NCBI RefSeq assembly: GCF_002113885.1
Contig: NW_018408372.1
Coordinates: forward strand, 384,874 to 448,873
Source: Mizuhopecten yessoensis
Lineage: Eukaryota
Direction: 5' to 3'
DNA: 64,000 nt
The notes below the pieces were generated by a model. It did not search any database. It saw only the letters and a list, made by a program, of their open reading frames with translations, and had not been told where the DNA came from. The translations under genes were made by a program, and so were the position numbers. The number at the start of each line of letters is the position of its first letter. The first letter of the stretch is position 1. This document shows positions 40,830-53,509 of the stretch, in pieces.

Positions 40830-43800
40830 ATGTACAAATTGTCCGGACTAGTTTTCTGTGGCTGTCTTGCGCTGGGATGTAAGTAAAGTATTAATTTGTT
40901 CAATTTTAATAATGATGTTCAACCTTCATATATTGTGTTTTGGTTGTAATTATCATCGCAGCGTAAGGACACATTGCCAATAAGATCCGATTAATTATTA
41001 TATTAATTTAAAGCTTTTTTGATAGCATTGTTTTTTGTGTTTAAATTATAACATTGCTTCCTTATAACCAATATTTGGAAATGTAACTAGCAGTGACATT
41101 GTTTTATGTAGGTATACCATTTACTTATATTCAATAATTGTTAATGAATTAGTAAAATATTTAAGTTTAGTTAATCTCATTAAATGTAATTTAACTGTTG
41201 AATACTCGATGGGTTTTTTTTTTGGTTTTTTTTAAAATCTATTTTTGGGTTGCCTTAAATGATAAATAGTGTTTACCTTTTAGTCATGTTTTTTTTTTTT
41301 TTTTTTAAATTATTAAAGTACATAATACGATCCGTAGAAAACCCATTAAGGTAGATGCATTACATATAGGATAACCACATTCCACTCGTTTTCTTATTGC
41401 GTCAGTTTTCTCGCAGACATTACAAACACTGTTTGCATCAAATAAAAGCCAAACATTTGTAGAAATTTTATTATTATTCAACATTTTGTTGAGGACAATG
41501 TAAAGAAAATTGACATCCTATAGATATTTCAAAAGTGTGCTGAAATGGTTTAAATCGTTACAAATCGTTGAAAGATATGTTACCTATTAAGATGTGGCAA
41601 CTATTTGACGACGTGCATTGAAGCCATTGCTTGTCATAGCCTTGCTAAATTAGTAGACAGTCTCTTTGACAGTACGCATGCATATTGCCTACTAAATCTC
41701 GATAAAAATAACCCTTACAAGGGCTAGAATCTATAAATAACTATTGATACGTATATGTCTATACAACAAATCCAACCATAAACAATCATGTTTGTCTACG
41801 TTGTCAATTTTCTGTCAGTAAAACAGTTTTACGACAGTAATAGCACTTCGAGCTTCATAAAACTGCCAGAGAAAGAAAGTGGTGTATATATGGTCTTAGA
41901 ATATGTGTATTGGCTTTGTATGCTTGCAGTCAATGAATTGTATGCTTAGTCCCTCATGGTATTGTGGCCACTGACACAGAATAAATGTCGTTGAAATAAA
42001 GGTTAAGCGATATATCGGAGAAGACGTATATGTCAATTGTTAAGGAAAAAAGGAAAAGAGACTTGGGTCGTTGAAGAACAGAACTACTGTTAGTTAGCAC
42101 CCAAAGTCAAATCGAATCTCATATGAAACGTGACAAATTGCAAGAAGCGCGGTAGTACTTCAATTGTAATGTTCCGTTTGCACTTGTATTGACTATGAAA
42201 GCTAATTGAAAACTGATCATTATTTATATTAACCAGTTTATGTTAGAAAACTAAACTTCTTCTGTCTTCAGTTTTCTCACTGAAGTTGTGTAATATGTGG
42301 TTGACTAATGACTGATTGAATGTTTACATCCTATACTTTTGACCAATAGGTTTTTACGAAAACACTTCGTTCAAAGTTGATGCTTACCAGTCTACTTTTT
42401 GCCGGCAATCACCATTTCATTAGAGCATTTGGCTTAAAGCGAGGTGGATAATGGATCGATAGAGATTTTATCGAAGTGTTACTATAACATGAATATTAAA
42501 TATAAATAGAGAGGGAACACCAACTAATTTTGTCATTAAAAAGACAACTTTACAAATTACGGATACATAACATACCGTTCCTTTCATCACCTTTATTTTG
42601 TAATGTAAACCAAGCCAAAAGAAATTCCAGTGATACAACATTACGACCAACATAGGGGACTGATAATCAGAAGATTTAGCCACGTTCTTACGTAAAATAA
42701 TAACTATTGATACGAATAAGGCTGTAAATCTTTGGTATATTGAAAACCTGTCTCTGTTGCATTCGAAAGATAATGTTAAACTTTTCGTAATTAATTAAAT
42801 TAAACATCACACAATGAGAAAACTTGATAAAAATCAATGCGCAATTTTATTTTATTTTTAAATGGCCATCGAAATAACACCGTTTTATACAGTTTTGTAT
42901 CGAATTTTAACAACGCTTAGCTGCTTAATGATTGCGACCTACTAGATTTATTTATTTTCAAAATCACCGTTTTTAAAATCTTTGTTTATGTAAATGCCGT
43001 TTTCCTACATTTCGCAGATGGGTTTTTCTTTGGAGGAGCCCAGAACAGTCTGCTTGGAATGAGCAGAGGTTCTGGTATGGCGGGGATGGGCGGCGCAGCA
43101 GACATGTTCGCAGGTTTATTCGGTACGGGTGGAGGTGCTGGTATGGGCGGGGATGCTGGTATGGGCGGAGGAGGTGCTGGTATGGGCCGAGGTGCTGGTA
43201 TGGGCGGAGGAGGTGCTGGCATGGGCGGAGATGCTGGTATGGGCGAAGGAGGTGCTGGTATGGGCCGAGGTGCTGGTATGGGCAGAGGAGGTGCTGGTAT
43301 GGGCCGAGGTGCTGGTATGGGCGGAGGAGGTGCTGGTATGGGCCTAGGTGCTGGTATGGGTGGTATGGGAGCTGGTGGAAATTCCATTGCTTCCATGATG
43401 AACTCCCTAAGTAGGATGTCTCTCTGTGGTGAGACTCCTTCCCGGATCAGATACAAGACAAGGGGCAGCTGTAGCCCATACGAGTGCAACAGGATGAGTA
43501 CCGGATATGACGTAGCCTGTTTAGGTCACTCTTGTTGTTGTAAAACATTCCAATGTACAGTTTTGTTAGGTAAGTACAGAGTATAGTTTGATATTATTGT
43601 CGTAATTCTACTGTTAAAGAAAGCATATGTAAAAACTATTTTGATGTTTAGTGTGTTTTCCATTATAATTCTTACTGGATATTGCATCATATGACCAACT
43701 GGGGTTGATGACGTATTCAGGATTTCTCTTGTTCTCACGATTCTTGTTTTTCATGTCAACTTTGAGTTTAGATTTTCATCTTGCGCATTGACGCTGCAAT

Positions 43801-44695
43801 ATATTGATATTTACTCATGATTATAATATTCCGTCTGGATGAATTTTGAATTCTAACGAGACAAAATATCATTTGAATGTTTTTTATGGGTAAATGTGAA
43901 AGAAATAAAACAATAACATTAAATAATAAGATATTTCTTTTACTTTTGATCATATTTTTTTTCATCATTCGAGTAACTTTACCTAGTCAAGGCAAATAAG
44001 AGAACAAATTTTAATATAAAATATACAGAAACCAAAAGCTTCTCATGATAATTACCTTATACTATATTAAAGAACTTAAATTTAATAAATATACTTAAAG
44101 TACCATATTATGAAAAGTGTGTAACCCTGAAATAGCTTTGTCGATAACTTATAATGTCACCAACCTTTTTGTCAGCTATGCCTTGGTGAAACTGTCAAAC
44201 TTATGTCTCCTAATGAAGTGAATTTCGCATGCATGTCAGTCTTAATTGTTTTTTTACTTGCTTGTCTATTTGTAAAATTATAAAATAAAATCATATTACA
44301 AATTCACATCAAACAAGTATACAAGTTATATATAATAATTATATCTACTGCAGTTAACTTTCTGTATAGATAGGGTGTTAAATAGTTGACTACATATTAT
44401 ATTGCGTTTCAAATACCTACCTAGATACGGTAAGAAGTTACAGTTAACTAGCAAAATCGATTATATTTTTTTATTTATATGTTATCTATCTGATTATTTT
44501 TTTTATTCTATTTTTATTTTCTAACATATAATTAAGGAGATATAACAATGTGTTATGATTATCTATGTACCCTATTATCACACACATATATACTTTAGTA
44601 CAGTATTGTGTAATAATGTAGTCAAATATCATTGTTAGGGTTTATTTTTTGACTGATGATCAGCATTTTTTTGTATTTCAGATGCAAGGAAATGA
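40830..44695 (+). CDS. Secreted Gly/Met/Ala-repeat protein with C-terminal Cys module (family member A, about 204 aa)
   Basis: Exons 40830-40878 (MYKLSGLVFCGCLALG|gtaagt), 43018-43569 and 44682-44695, with phase-1 introns. Twelve AGMG units are followed by LCGETPSRIRYKTRGSCSPYECNRMSTGYDVACLGHSCCCKTFQCTVLLDARK*. AATAAA at 45001. Confidence 0.85.
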
Positions 44696-47212
44696 TCTAA
44701 GGAAAATTTTAATTTTGAGATAGAAATGGCTGTGAACGAAGGTATTGACCATCGCTTGCTTAGCATTCGGACAATTGTGAAAGCATCAGATGTGGATGAA
44801 AGCGGCATCAGCAATTTACAATTATATCCGTCGGTGTAAAATAGTTAGCATATGACATAATTATGGAAATGAATTGCACATACAAAATTGCAAAGCCATT
44901 ACATTATTATCTGTCCAGCGATCGATTAAACGTTGTGGAAGGAATCAGACTATTGGCAACTTAAACCACATTCATAATGCAACACAATACAAATATGTAC
45001 AATAAAAAATGATTATTTCAATACGAACTGACAGGTGTTGATTATATTTTATAAGTTTTTCTTAAATGTTCACATGTATATGTCTATGTTATATTAAATA
45101 CCATTACATAAAATAAATACTTATTTTTTATGTCTTTTTGTGTATATTTTTCCTGACAACTCATTTTGAATAGTCGGTGATGCCTGAATAAATTCTAAAA
45201 ATCGAGGAAAGACAAGCCTGCTGTAAATCACTGCATAGTTAGATGACTGGTAGAGGAATGATATTAATTTTATTATTGGTGTCAGTTCCTTCGTTTTTCG
45301 GACAATTAGAACCTCGATGTTTCTTTTTCCAGTCATGCCTGCTCTTTTGTATTGACATTTTTTGCATGATTAGTTATCAATATCGTTTCAAGGTTATGCT
45401 ATTTCAGTTGGATTGCATTTTTAAACATTTCACGAGGAACCAAATGTGTCAATACAACTGCAATATTAAAACAAAATCGATAAAACAATGACAAAATATG
45501 TAGAAAACAAATAAAATCAGCAATGTATGTTTTCGCCAATATTGCTAAATTCGTCAGTTATATTTACATTTTGATAGAGTAGTTATTCTCTATTGAGTTA
45601 TTTCGAACAGTTCTTTGAACAGCAAATTAAGTGTTGGCAACAATGACATTTTGTTTACACCACAACAGAGATTGATGACGTTACAATAGCAAATGTTGTT
45701 TAAATATCACAACAACATTTGTCTTCTCAAATTATGGCAATTGAAGGATGCAGAGAAAATGTGAATATATATTTATAAAACCGTTCACACGCTCAAATTC
45801 ACATTATGTGCTCAATTTTTCGTGTTGTTGACAAATAAAGAAAATTTAACATTTTGCCAATGAGTCGAAAGAATTTAGGAGAAAATTAAAACTGAATAAT
45901 TTTCAACGTTTATTCAAAGACTATTTTGTAATGTCACATGATTAAAATGAATAACAAGAAAGTTGGTCTGAGTTCAAAGTACATACTTGATCATGAAAAC
46001 GGTTTCACTAATGCTCTGAGGTTTATTAAATTAACCCCATCATCTCTCTTAACATGACCTTGGATTTTACGAAGACGCACTATAGTTATGTCTAGCAATC
46101 ATTATGTCTTGGTTTTCAATATTCATGTATAAGTGTCTATATTGATAAACGGTCTGTACGCGGTGTTTTGGTGACCCACAAACTTGTTTCACTCCATTTT
46201 ACGAGAGACATTATAGAGGATATCACATATGATGTATGCAATATTCACTGTTCATGGACAAATTGTTTCGTCATTGTAGCTGGTATTAAGTGTATGTGTA
46301 TGGCGGATTGTACAAACGCAAAAAATAAATCACAAAAAACATAATGTAGAACTGAGACCAGTAGAGCAAGCCATTGAGAACGGCATTTTAATTTGAAAAT
46401 GTATAATCAAAGGATGCTTATTTTTTGACAAATGAATATTAACAATAGACCACCAATCACTACAATTTCATTCATGTCTTGATTTGATTACTCAAAAAGC
46501 AGTTTTATTGAATTTGAAGCAATGTTTAAGCATATTTGCGTCACTGCCAAAAAGTGAACCTATGAATAGGAAACTGTTTTACCTGCATGACATTAGCTTA
46601 AGGAAACACTTTCTAAAGCAACACAAATCAGCAAACGTGTCCTTGGAGTAAAACCGCAATACAGAACGAAAGGGACTTGAACCTTTAACCTTTGACGGTC
46701 GCTATAATCAGATCAGCTGCCTGATCAGCGATAGATACAAATCCCCTACAGTTATATCCAAAAATGAAGTTGAGGGAAGGTAACTGTTTATATGCAAATC
46801 TACAATTGAACTATATAGTGTTTTGCCTGCAGTTAAAACACATTTAACAGTTTATAATGTGGTCAATCTTTACACCAAGAATAAGTATTAAGCGTAAACA
46901 GCGCTGCAGTAACAATACCTTAATATAAAAAGATCCCATTTTTGCGAGTACAAGTTATGAACGGAAATGGAAATCTATTAAATGTGTTTCCCGGAAATAT
47001 TTGTCAAGATATCTACAATTCCTGTATATATTTAAGAACCTTTACGCTATTGAAAACGTCTTCATAGCATCAAAACTATTTTTTAAACTATAATTGCTTA
47101 GTAATAACATCCCTTTGTATTGTATTGAGGTTCGTCATGTAAACGTCAGCACAATTCAGTGAAGCGAAGCGTTGTGCTCGATTTACGTTTTGGTGTCCAA
47201 GCCAAAACAGTC

Positions 47213-47880
47213 ATGCTACGGCTTGATGATGCTAGTCGTGAAAAGGCCATTGGCTAAGGTCACCTGACGGTTACAAGAATTACAGCCACGCGTTCGACGG
47301 CCGATCGTCTGCTATCGGGAATGCCGCACATTATATCATGTACACAGGACTATTAAATCTGCACTCGTCATCTGCGCAATTGGAAAGGCAAGGCGGCAAG
47401 TTCTGCTTCCAACATCCCAAATCACCGTCTCAATAGTCCGTCGGTTAGCCGAGGTATGTCTATGTTCTTGACAACCGTATCGTGTGACCCGCCGTCATAT
47501 CAAAAGTCGCTTAGCGTGGTCACGACACAATTTACGATACTCTCTACAGCAACAAGTTTTATTAACGGTTGAGTACTGATAGTTACTTTATCGCTAAATA
47601 GAAGAATGCGAGAGTGTCGTAGGCGTGTTGCATATTGTCAGGACGCCTGCACGTTACGTCATGGTCGTTTTGGCGGTGGAAGATCGTGGTGTGAGGTTGG
47701 GTATCGGGATATATGTCTTGGTATCGTCGATAGTAGCCTGAACGCTGAACGAAAGAGGGAGCAGGTCTTTGTATCACTTATGGTTCCATCCATGGTGACA
47801 AATGAAATACTATCAATACAATAATATAACGTTTCTCATTCGGGCCAGTGTAAAACCAAAGATGTTTACCAAACCATGCA
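47213..47880 (+). pseudogene. Heavily decayed Tc1/mariner transposase
   Basis: Scattered fragments: MLRL...REKAIG, RHLRN, RLAW, VLLTVE (cf. VLFTDES), GRFGGG, IVDSSLNAER.REQV...VP. Many stops and frameshifts. Confidence 0.7.
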
Positions 47881-49081
47881 ATTATTGATATTAATAAGTA
47901 CATCTGAATAAATCAGGGTCCTGTCATTCACGGAAATAATATGAATGTTATATTTAATTCTCATATTATCTACGTCGTTGCATTAATTACATAAATGACG
48001 TCCGTTAATAGCATTTATAATACGGAAAAACATATGTTGGTCCACTCTTTGTCTCTTAATTGATTGATTACTTGAATATGCGTCATTCATATCCGGGCAT
48101 GCATGTTTTATTTTGGGCATGTTACAACCCCACAAGACAAACTGTATCACACAAAACATTAACAATGAAGAGAAAATGCTACGATTAATCTAATAATAAG
48201 TATTTGTTGACATGACACGCATGTTCGTCTATAGTGTATACCTATATAGACATGAGCGATGTATTATGTCTTATAATAAGGAGCGTATGCCTTGTTACAT
48301 ATAAAGTAAGAGTTACAGTGTTGCAAATCCTAAGTATGTTGTCACCTGCGTTACCGTATTTAATGTATTAATTATCTGTAACTTGTATTATTTTTATTAT
48401 AATCATAAACCTATTCTGTGACGTATGAGGTATTTATCTTATGGATTATTTTGCATTTCATATGCACTATATGAATAATGACCAAAAGGAGGTCAGACGA
48501 AATAGGGCATCAGCGTTAAATCTTAAACATAAGCGAAATTGTTTAGTTTAGGTAGTATATGAAATGACAACTGCCAATATGAAATACAAACGTATTAGTA
48601 ATACTTGATCAAAAAGCTATACAACTCATGATTATAAATCGTATATGTTATTGAGTGTAACACTGGGAATGGTGAAACAGATGTATCCGCAGACACATTA
48701 CAATGAGAGTATGATTGATGAAAAGACAAACAGTCTTTGCATGTCTTCTTCGCGTGATTCGCATAATTACAATTAAGTACAATAACTTTGTAAAATATTT
48801 TTGAGGAAATGAAAATGATAAACGACACTGCAGAAATTGGAGAATCATCTTTTAGATTGAGGCAAAACCAAACGTGATCAGTATACAGTGCAAATATTCT
48901 ACTGCAGCTGGCATAAATGAAACATATCATTTTTATTTTATTTATAGCATTTCCGTGGAGTATTTTTTTGTATTTCAGTCACGACAAATTACTCATATAT
49001 AATGATTTTATATCATTATGTATTTATAATAACAAAAGAGTAAAAGATGAGTGCTGTGTACGATGATAGTTGTGTCTCCAA

Positions 49082-51694
49082 TCATTGCCTCATTCGGAAG
49101 CGTTGTGAACGTCGCCTCTCCATAAATTTAAGCATCTTGTCTGCAAAGTAAAGAAAAGGTAATTTTTAAACACAAAACAGGGTGTTGAAAGTGTTGTACA
49201 TCATAGTTATCTAGTCCTCAGATTCAAATTTCAACAGCTGCGTTATATGAGACATAATATTGAAGAATTTATATCAAACTTCAATTTGTTTAATTTACAA
49301 AATATTTTGATAATTAGCATTTGTCATCTTATATGTAAATTAACATGAGATTGGTCATGGAAACGCTTTCGTAACAGAAATGTTTCAATGTAAAGGTAGC
49401 AGTTCGTATTTGGGGGAAAAAAGTATCAGTAAATTTAGAATACTAGGCTGGAGACCACAACAAAGTACTCACCAAGCATTTCCGCATGATCATTACTTGT
49501 TGCGCAGCATTTTCCTGAGTAGCATTCCATTTTACGCTGACAATCCGTATTGTCTACACACATCTTCCTTAACCTAATAGGCGTCTTGGAACACAGTGTG
49601 CGTTGCCTGTATATATCCATTTGGCTTAGCATTAGAAAAGTAGCATTCGATTGACCTCTGTTAGCATTGAGCAATCGTTGCATTGCGAAATTAAGTTGAA
49701 CCGGTATAGATTGTATTGAAAAGTGACGTCGCCTGGACACTTGCTGCATCGTTGGATCAATAAATGAACCTTCATTACCTCTGACAACAGTTTCGGGTCT
49801 TATGCGTTGAACAATTGCATGACTTGAACCCAAAATGCCTGCAAGATAAGGGAGAACCCGAGCTAAAGAGGATACAATAGTCACTGGACCTTGCCTTGCT
49901 AATTTGGTTATTGTTTTCTGTGTTGGTTGCCTCAAAGTGGGAGACAGTACTGAATCACCTGCTGGAGTCTTTTCAACATATTCCGTTTGTGAAGTCTTAG
50001 CAATGTTCGCCATAAAAAAGGGCAGTGTTTTCGACGTTGATGATGTGATATTTCTTGCAAACGTGTTGGTGACTATGACAGCGCTAGCGTCAGTTGTTCC
50101 GATTTTACTATTACTTATCATTTTTTGCGGTTGGTTTGATGCTGTTGTTTTTGTAATTGTATGTTTAATTTTGTTATCGATATTGGTTGTTGAACTTTCT
50201 TTGTGCAATTCCTTTGTGACACTACTTCGATGTGACTCTCCAACACCTTTAGGCGAATTAAACATTTCAAGTGATATGAAATCACTCCGGGCATCGCCTT
50301 TGACCACAATCCTTGTTTCGTTCTGGTAAGGTGTTAGAGATGAAGTGTCAGTTTCAGTTTCTGTTTTCGCGGTCGAAATTGTCGTTTTTCCGCTTTTTCC
50401 CCTTGCTGTTTCAAAAAATGTATGTTCTGTTCGTTTAGATGTAGCTGACTCCATCGTCTGTTTTGGAGTTTCAGGCGATTTATTGGTTTCTTGTTCTGAC
50501 GGTTTCGTAATTTTGCTATATTTGCTTGTAGCTCTTCTTCTTGATTTAAGTCCAGATATCTTGGTTGACCTTAGCGGTGAACTTGTGGTTACTTTGACCG
50601 CGGTTTCTGAGGTTTTAAGCCGTTTGCTACTGGCGGTTTGAGTGACCGTGTGTCGTTCTGTTTTAGACCGATGTGACGTTTGCTTCGTAGCACGTGTCGA
50701 CTCTGATGTTTTAGTGGATGGTTTTGTCCTCTTCCTTCTTCTTGCTGATCTCCTTGATGATCTTCTTTTTGAGCGCCTAGCTGATCTTCTAGTAGAACTG
50801 TTGATTACTTTGGTCATAGTGGGCGGCGTTGTGTTGCTTGTACTTCTTGATAACTCCGCGGTTTTGCCTCTGTCTTCTTTATTAAGTGCTGTATTCGGAA
50901 CATCAGAGGAGGAACTTGCTAACGATAGTGCTTCGTTCTCTAAAACTTGGTTCCCATTTGCATTCGTAATTTCTATGGCTGGTGATTGAGTTGATATAGC
51001 TTTAATAAGAAAACGTGCATGGATTAAAAACAAATATACATAAATGTAATGCTGTTGTATTCATAATATCTTTTCATTCAAATCGAAATGATATGGCTTT
51101 GATTTTTTCTAATTGTGTGTTTGTTTGCTTACTTGTTTGTTATACTCCTCTGCCTCGAGAAAAATAAAGAAGCACATAATTACGTTTTGCATACACATCA
51201 CCAAACAAATTTTCAGTTCTGTTCTTGCATATGGTTAAGTTTATCAAAACACTTCTTGTATAACAAAAAGGTGTCACCATATTAAAATCACAGAATACTT
51301 CCTAGTTGGTCTGCAATATTCTATTTATGACCTCGTGTCTTTATACAATTTAAAATTAGCTTACTCGTGTTAGATAATCATGATAGCCAGCCCTCATTCT
51401 TTTGGGAACCTCTATGTTTTATTGTCATTCTCTTGAATAGTTTATTGAAAGCGAACAACATATTGAATAACTTAATTCAGAAATAAACACTGATATATAG
51501 ATGGTAATGTAAAAGTAAATCGAATAATCAAATATGTCAGAACTATTTTCCTTCATATGTTCACCTGGAAAAATTGTATTGCATTCCATTAATATCTTTT
51601 TGAAGCAGTTTCGAATAAATAAATTCTTACCTGAAATAAATACTGACAAAAGAAAAGACCAAAATAATGTCAAATCCATTTCCAAATTGATCAT
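49082..51694 (-). CDS. Secreted Ser/Thr/Lys/Arg-rich mucin-like protein with C-terminal Cys module (family member B, about 544-549 aa)
   Basis: Exons 51694 (or 51679)-51631 (MDLTLFWSFLLSVFIS|gtaaga), 50999-49473 and 49140-49082, with phase-1 introns. Ends LCSKTPIRLRKMCVDNTDCQRKMECYSGKCCATSNDHAEMLDKMLKFMERRRSQRFRMRQ*. Confidence 0.88.
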
Positions 51695-51737
51695 TCCAAG
51701 AATTGATATATCCTTTTCGTTATGAGATATGTTGTCC

Positions 51738-51744
51738 TTTTATA
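51738..51744 (-). promoter_or_regulatory. TATA box of member B
   Basis: TATAAAA on the minus strand about 45 bp upstream of the first ATG. Confidence 0.55.
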
Positions 51745-53365
51745 TTGATAAAGACCTTTTTTCATTGGTCCGAAATAGTTCCGCTTGGATTTGATCCAGT
51801 TCCCCTTAACACTGTCGTTAAAGTAGTGTAAGTTCACAATACCATTAATACATTATAAACACAATTCATAAAGACTTTTTCCTCCACAATCTGACACCAA
51901 CATTTATGTATTTCGAGGCAGCAGTAGCCGCTTAATATAATGGTGATTAAATGTCATGTATTTTTTACATCGATTTAATCCAATAATATTTCGTATGAGT
52001 TTTGGTTTTTCAATGGCATCAAATGGATTTAAATTACACACATGTCTTTTACACATTTTTTTATGAATGTTCAATCAACCTAACAAAGCTTTAAAATGGT
52101 CGATGAGCATTAGTAAATATTTTTTTAAGTTGTAACATAATTAATTATCTAGTGTAATGTCCTCATGTTTACATCAAATACCAATTAGTGTATATAAGTA
52201 TTGTGTGACTTTGGAGTACTTATTTATGTAACACCGTATCGTCTACAAGAAAAAAAAGCGTTCAAATGCATGTCAATATCGACCTTTCCAAGAATTGATA
52301 TATAACATACGCTACGTAAAATGATGTCCTATTACATTGATAAAGACCTGTGCGTTCAAAAGTAAGTCATGTTTACAATAGATCGTTAACAACTATGAGA
52401 GCAGATTGAACTACACTTCTGAAAATCACTTGCAAAAACATAAGTGCTACTTCAGTGTTAGTATCTCTTAAGGTTAGTTTTCTCATAATCTGTTGATTTT
52501 GTGTTTTGATCTTCATATTTTGTCTTATGCAATACATTTTGGTCCTGTATATGACACAACATTCTTGACAAAGCTTTTTATATAAAAACTAATCAGAATG
52601 TCCACACATTTTAACGTTTTATCAAAAACAAATCTACTTGGTTTTGTAAAATTTGTAACGGTAAACATGTTTGTGATGATTATTTATAAGTATTGCTTTA
52701 ATGCTTAATAAAATTGAATAGAAAACAAATACATTTGTTGTAAATGTCCGTGTATTGAGGTATGAGGAAACCTGTCATCAGTAAGAGAGGACAGCTATGA
52801 GCCTAATTTGTATATATGTTAATCCTAGTAGTTTATTGCTTTTAATTGTGACATTAAATAGATAACGTCCTCCGCTAGGAATAAGGCACAACCAGGTACC
52901 TCCAAACACCTAAACACATATTTGTTTATAACAAGAACACACAATTAATGTGTCCTATGGCAAGTCACCTATGATTAAAAGTTAAGTGACATTTTATTCC
53001 TTACGCTTAAGTGGTATTGACAGCGACGATCTGCCACAGTTTTCTTTTCTTTTAATCATCTCTCATGATCTTAACCTCGAAAGGAATATTTCTTCACGAC
53101 ATATATCTATTAGTCGTTTTCACGGCATTATTACGTGACAAGTAATTACCAATTTGCGGAATATTTAATTACTACTGATGACGTAACAAGACAGGCGAGA
53201 TCATTATGGTGTAGACGTGGAGCATTATGTCTATGAATATGATAGTAATAGAAGCGTATCAGGTTTTAAATATTCATCAGATCATATTCTAGTTTAAAGA
53301 CGTTTCGACAGCTGGCGGAGACGTCGCGATTTTAAATGAGATATTGTTTTGAGCTTTGCACGTAC

Positions 53366-53372
53366 TATAAAA
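53366..53372 (+). promoter_or_regulatory. TATA box of member C
   Basis: TATAAAA about 140 bp upstream of the ATG at 53510. Confidence 0.55.
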
Positions 53373-53509
53373 AGTCCCACTATCTTCCGGAATACCATAC
53401 AAGGTCTGACTGTGGTGGTTGTTGGCTCATTCGGGGAGAGCGTCAGAATAGCACGTTCCTGAAGTAGGAGTTCTTTTGTTTGAAGTTCTACGGAACAGGA
53501 AATAGTAGC

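Noticed and set aside
42986-43489. 167-aa Pro-rich minus-strand ORF and the EVLVWA-repeat ORF at 43129-43347
   Set aside because: These are antisense and alternate-frame shadows of the Gly/Met repeat exon. Only the Gly/Met frame has splice sites, a signal exon and the family Cys module.
49904-50989. Hydrophobic Val/Leu-rich plus-strand ORFs
   Set aside because: Antisense shadows of the Thr/Ser/Lys-rich exon of member B.
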